A DNA stretch of 57,537 nt, from contig NZ_JAZQIJ010000220.1 in the NCBI RefSeq assembly GCF_045541095.1, positions 1 to 57,537 of the forward strand, given 5' to 3'. This stretch comes from Methanobrevibacter sp. (GTDB lineage: Archaea > Methanobacteriota > Methanobacteria > Methanobacteriales > Methanobacteriaceae). The position numbers and the translations under genes are program-made. A model generated the notes under the pieces. It did not search any database, was not told the DNA's origin, and worked only from the letters and a program-made list of their open reading frames with translations. Shown here piece by piece: positions 53,854 through 57,537 of this stretch (the first letter of the stretch is position 1; each line of letters starts with the position of its first letter).

Positions 53854-56043
53854 ATGACAAGACGAAACAAAATGATTACAAAAATAAAGAAATTACTGTA
53901 TGAAACAGAAAAGATAAGAAACATTGGAATTTGTGCCCATATTGACCATGGCAAAACAACATTGTCAGATAATTTAATGGCTGGCGCTGGATTAATATCT
54001 TCTGATTTAGCAGGAGATAAACTAATAATGGACGGTAAAAGTGATGAACAAGAACGTGGAATCACTATCGATGCAGCCAACGCCACAATGATTCAAAATT
54101 ATCATGGCGAGGAATATTTAATTAATTTAATTGACACTCCAGGGCATGTGGATTTTGGTGGAGATGTAACACGCGCAATGAGAGCTGTTGATGGAGCAGT
54201 TGTTGTTGTATGTGCTGTTGATGGCATTAAGCCACAGACTGAAACTGTTTTAAGGCAAGCGTTAAAAGAAAATGTGAAACCCGTTTTATTTATTAATAAA
54301 GTAGACCGGTTAATAAATGAGTTAAAATTAGATTCTGACGAGTTGCAAAAGAGATTTATGAAAATATTTATGGATATAAATAAGCTGATAAACAGTTTAA
54401 CTCCAGAAAACCATGACTGGTCATTGGATTTTTCAAATGGTAGTGTTGCATTTGGTTCAGCATATCAAAATTGGGCAATTAATGTTCCTACAATGAAAGA
54501 AACAGGAATAAATTTTAATGATATTATCAGATATTGCCAAAATAATAATACTCATGAATTAGCCTCCAAATTACCATTATATAAGGTATTGCTAAATATG
54601 GTTGTAGAACATTTGCCTTCTCCAGATGTTGCACAACAATATAGGGTTCCTACAATCTGGAATGGAAATATTGATTCAGTTGAAGGAAAAACTATGATTA
54701 GCACATCATCTGAAGGTCCACCTGCAGCTATGATAACAAATGTATCTATAGATAGACATTCAGGTGTTATTTCAACTTGTAGAATATATGGTGGCACATT
54801 ACATGGTGGAGATGAAGTTTATCTTGTTGGATCCAAACAAAAAGCACGAATACAGCAAATAGGAATATTTTTAGGTGCTGAAACCATTGATACTGGAAAA
54901 GTACCAGTTGGAAACATTGCATATTTAACGGGCATCAAAGATGCAACTGCCGGTGAAACATTATGTTCTGCTGAAAATAAAATTGAAGAATTTGAACCAA
55001 TTGACCATATCTCAGAACCTGTTGTTACAATAGCTATTGAAGCTAAAAATACTAAAGATTTACCAAAATTAATTGAAGTTTTAAGGCAATTTGGTAAAGA
55101 AGACCCGACAGTTAAAATTGACATTAATGAAACAACTGGTGAACAATTAATTTCCGGCATGGGAGAACTTCATCTAGAAGTAATTGCAAACAGAATACAA
55201 AATGATAAAAATTTAGAAATCAAAACATCGGAACCTATTGTTGTTTATAGGGAAAGCATATTAAACAATGCAGGCCCTGTTGAAGGAAAATCTCCGAATA
55301 AACACAACAGATTTTATCTTGTTGTTGAACCTTTAAATCATAATGTTTTAAATGCAATTAATTCAGGTGAGTTAAAAGAAGGCAGAATCAAATCTAAAGA
55401 AATCTCAAAAAAGTTCATTGATTTAGGCATGGGCAAAGAAGAATCCAAACGTGTTTGGGACATTCATAATAAATCCATGTTTTTAAATATGACCAGAGGC
55501 ATTCAATATTTAGATGAAGTAAAAGAGTTATTGCTTGACGGATTTGAATCTGCACTTAAAGAAGGTCCACTTGCTTCCGAAGAAGTTATGGGGTTAAAAT
55601 TCAAATTAGTTGATGCTAAACTTCATGAAGATGCAGTTCACAGAGGCCCTGCACAAGTGCTGCCTGCTATTAAAAAAGCAATTTACGGTTCGATGATGCT
55701 TGCTAAACCATGTTTAGCCGAACCTATTCAAAAAGTATTTATTTCAGCACCAATTGAGCATATTGGTGATTGTACTCGTGAAATTCAAAATAGGAGAGGC
55801 ATGATGGTCAATCAAGAAATTATTGGTGATGTAAGTGAAATGGAATTTGAAGTTCCAGTAGCTGAAATGTTCGGATTCGCTGGAGATATTAGATCAGCAA
55901 CAGGAGGTAAAAGTCTTTTTTCAACTGAAACAAAAGGATTTAAAATATTGCCTTCTAATTTGCAAGACAATATTGTAAAACAAATTCGCCTAAGAAAAGA
56001 AATATCAGAAAATCCTAACTCTCCAGAACATTATTTAGAATAA
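53854..56043 (+). CDS. fusA: Archaeal elongation factor 2, divergent stand-alone copy (probable paralog)
   Basis: [36 protein letters not shown] and [11 protein letters not shown]; no rps12/rps7/tuf neighbours. Confidence 0.93.
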   Translation: MTRRNKMITKIKKLLYETEKIRNIGICAHIDHGKTTLSDNLMAGAGLISSDLAGDKLIMDGKSDEQERGITIDAANATMIQNYHGEEYLINLIDTPGHVDFGGDVTRAMRAVDGAVVVVCAVDGIKPQTETVLRQALKENVKPVLFINKVDRLINELKLDSDELQKRFMKIFMDINKLINSLTPENHDWSLDFSNGSVAFGSAYQNWAINVPTMKETGINFNDIIRYCQNNNTHELASKLPLYKVLLNMVVEHLPSPDVAQQYRVPTIWNGNIDSVEGKTMISTSSEGPPAAMITNVSIDRHSGVISTCRIYGGTLHGGDEVYLVGSKQKARIQQIGIFLGAETIDTGKVPVGNIAYLTGIKDATAGETLCSAENKIEEFEPIDHISEPVVTIAIEAKNTKDLPKLIEVLRQFGKEDPTVKIDINETTGEQLISGMGELHLEVIANRIQNDKNLEIKTSEPIVVYRESILNNAGPVEGKSPNKHNRFYLVVEPLNHNVLNAINSGELKEGRIKSKEISKKFIDLGMGKEESKRVWDIHNKSMFLNMTRGIQYLDEVKELLLDGFESALKEGPLASEEVMGLKFKLVDAKLHEDAVHRGPAQVLPAIKKAIYGSMMLAKPCLAEPIQKVFISAPIEHIGDCTREIQNRRGMMVNQEIIGDVSEMEFEVPVAEMFGFAGDIRSATGGKSLFSTETKGFKILPSNLQDNIVKQIRLRKEISENPNSPEHYLE

Positions 56044-56351
56044 AAGTATTTACTTTTATTCTATTTTTTTATTAATAAACTGGTATTAGTTTTGTTTAGA
56101 AAATTTCAATCAATAATATACATAGTTTTTTCAAAAAAAAATATGCGAACAAAATAAAGAAAACTAATATACTATAATTAATAGTTTTCAAACGCTCTCT
56201 AAACCTTTATTAATATACTAAAATATAGTAATCATCAGGACTAATAAAAATCATTACCTACTTAGTATGATAAACACATAAAAATCAGCCAAAATTAATC
56301 CAAACTAACAGTAGGGCAATGAGATAAATTATATTATATGGAGGGTTTATT

Positions 56352-57182
56352 TTGATTAACGAAAATAACAGTATTAAATTATTTCAAAACAAAGAAATAA
56401 GAACTAAGTGGGATTCTGATATAGAAGAATATTATTTTTCAGTGATTGATGTTGTAGGAGTACTTAGTGAGAGTAAAAACCCTCGTAAATATTGGAGTGT
56501 GCTTAAAACCAGACTAAACAAGGAAGGTGTTGAATTGGCTACAATTTGTAGCCAGTTGAAACTACAAGCATCAGATGGTAAAATGCGTAAAACTGATGTT
56601 GCTACTGCCAAACAGTTATTACGTATCATACAATCAATACCTTCACCAAATGCAGAACCATTTAAACAATGGTTAGCACAATTAGGACAGGATAGGCTTG
56701 ATGAAATAGCAGACCCCGAATTAGCTATCCAAAGAGCACGTGAAACCTATCGCAAAAAAGGTTACACAGACGAATGGATTAAACAACGTGAAAATAGCAT
56801 TGACATAAGAAATGACCTAACTGATGAATGGCAACGAGTAGGCATTGAAAAAGGTAGAGAATATGCTATTTTAACTAATGAAATTACACGTGCTTGGTCT
56901 GGAATGACTACTGGAGAATATAAACAATATAAAGGTTTGCGTAAAGAGAATCTTCGTGACAATATGACTAATCTTGAATTGGTTTTAAATATGTTAGCTG
57001 AAGCAACCACTACTGAATTGAGTAAAAATGAAAATCCAAAGGATTTTGAAGAAAGTAAAGAAATAGCTAATCGTGGAGGGAATATTGCGGGAAATACTCG
57101 TCGTGAGATTGAAAGTAATCTTGGACATAGCATTGTAAGTAAGAAAAATTCTAAAAATCCAAAATTATTGGATGATAAATAA
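56352..57182 (+). CDS. Bro-N domain (phage antirepressor-like) protein
   Basis: FSVIDVV, KYWSVLKTRL, RIIQSIPSPNAEPFKQWLA and LRDNMT. Confidence 0.85.
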   Translation: MINENNSIKLFQNKEIRTKWDSDIEEYYFSVIDVVGVLSESKNPRKYWSVLKTRLNKEGVELATICSQLKLQASDGKMRKTDVATAKQLLRIIQSIPSPNAEPFKQWLAQLGQDRLDEIADPELAIQRARETYRKKGYTDEWIKQRENSIDIRNDLTDEWQRVGIEKGREYAILTNEITRAWSGMTTGEYKQYKGLRKENLRDNMTNLELVLNMLAEATTTELSKNENPKDFEESKEIANRGGNIAGNTRREIESNLGHSIVSKKNSKNPKLLDDK

Positions 57183-57264
57183 CAACAATGAATGATAAAA
57201 TTGAAGAAGTGAAATTAATATAAATAATTAAGTTTGATTAATATAAATAATATGGCGATTAAAA

Positions 57265-57537
57265 ATGATTAATAAAAAATTAAAAGAATATTCAAAACAA
57301 GGAGGATACTAAAAAGTTTACTGATACCTATAATGAGTTGAAAAGCTTTTTTGAATCTAAAATTGATAAAGAAAAATATGGTTTAGACATTTACCTTCAA
57401 GGATCTTATGGCAATAATACAAATATTGAAGATGAAAGTGATGTGGATATTGTAATAGAAATGAATAAAGTTTATTATTATAATATTGATTCATTAACAA
57501 CGATTGAACAAGAAAAATTCAATTCAGAACATCCTTC
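57265..57537 (+). pseudogene. cGAS/DncV-like nucleotidyltransferase (CdnE-like), partial, with N-terminal frameshift
   Basis: Frame from 57305 reads IYLQGSYGNNTNIEDESDVDIV; the ATG 57265 frame stops at 57310-57312 because of one extra base; runs off the window end. Confidence 0.75.

Overview
Chromosomal segment of a Methanobacteriales archaeon, most likely Methanobrevibacter (cfbD, fprA, PCNA/GINS, adhesin-like proteins, AT-rich). Most of it is housekeeping: metG, priL, pcn-gins, purB, copA, truD with tRNA-Arg(GCG), hisH, cfbD, ychF, cbiE and a Get3/ArsA ATPase. It also carries a complete Clostridia-like trpEGDCFBA operon. The unusual parts are: (1) an AT-rich island at the right end with a small upstream ORF, a divergent stand-alone EF-2 (probable second copy), a Bro-N gene and a frameshifted cGAS/DncV-like nucleotidyltransferase running off the window; (2) a 290-bp protein-less IS200/IS605 derivative that keeps a TnpB-type omega-RNA scaffold; (3) a large surface protein translationally coupled to a 4-TM protein, resembling a toxin/immunity pair; (4) a Zn-macrodomain/SirTM ADP-ribosylation pair lacking its usual GcvH-L target and divergent from a Cys-containing HxlR regulator; (5) TRP-box-like sites on the apparently imported trp operon; (6) two pseudogenes (adhesin, nitroreductase). 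All family calls come from motif recognition by eye; no searches were run.
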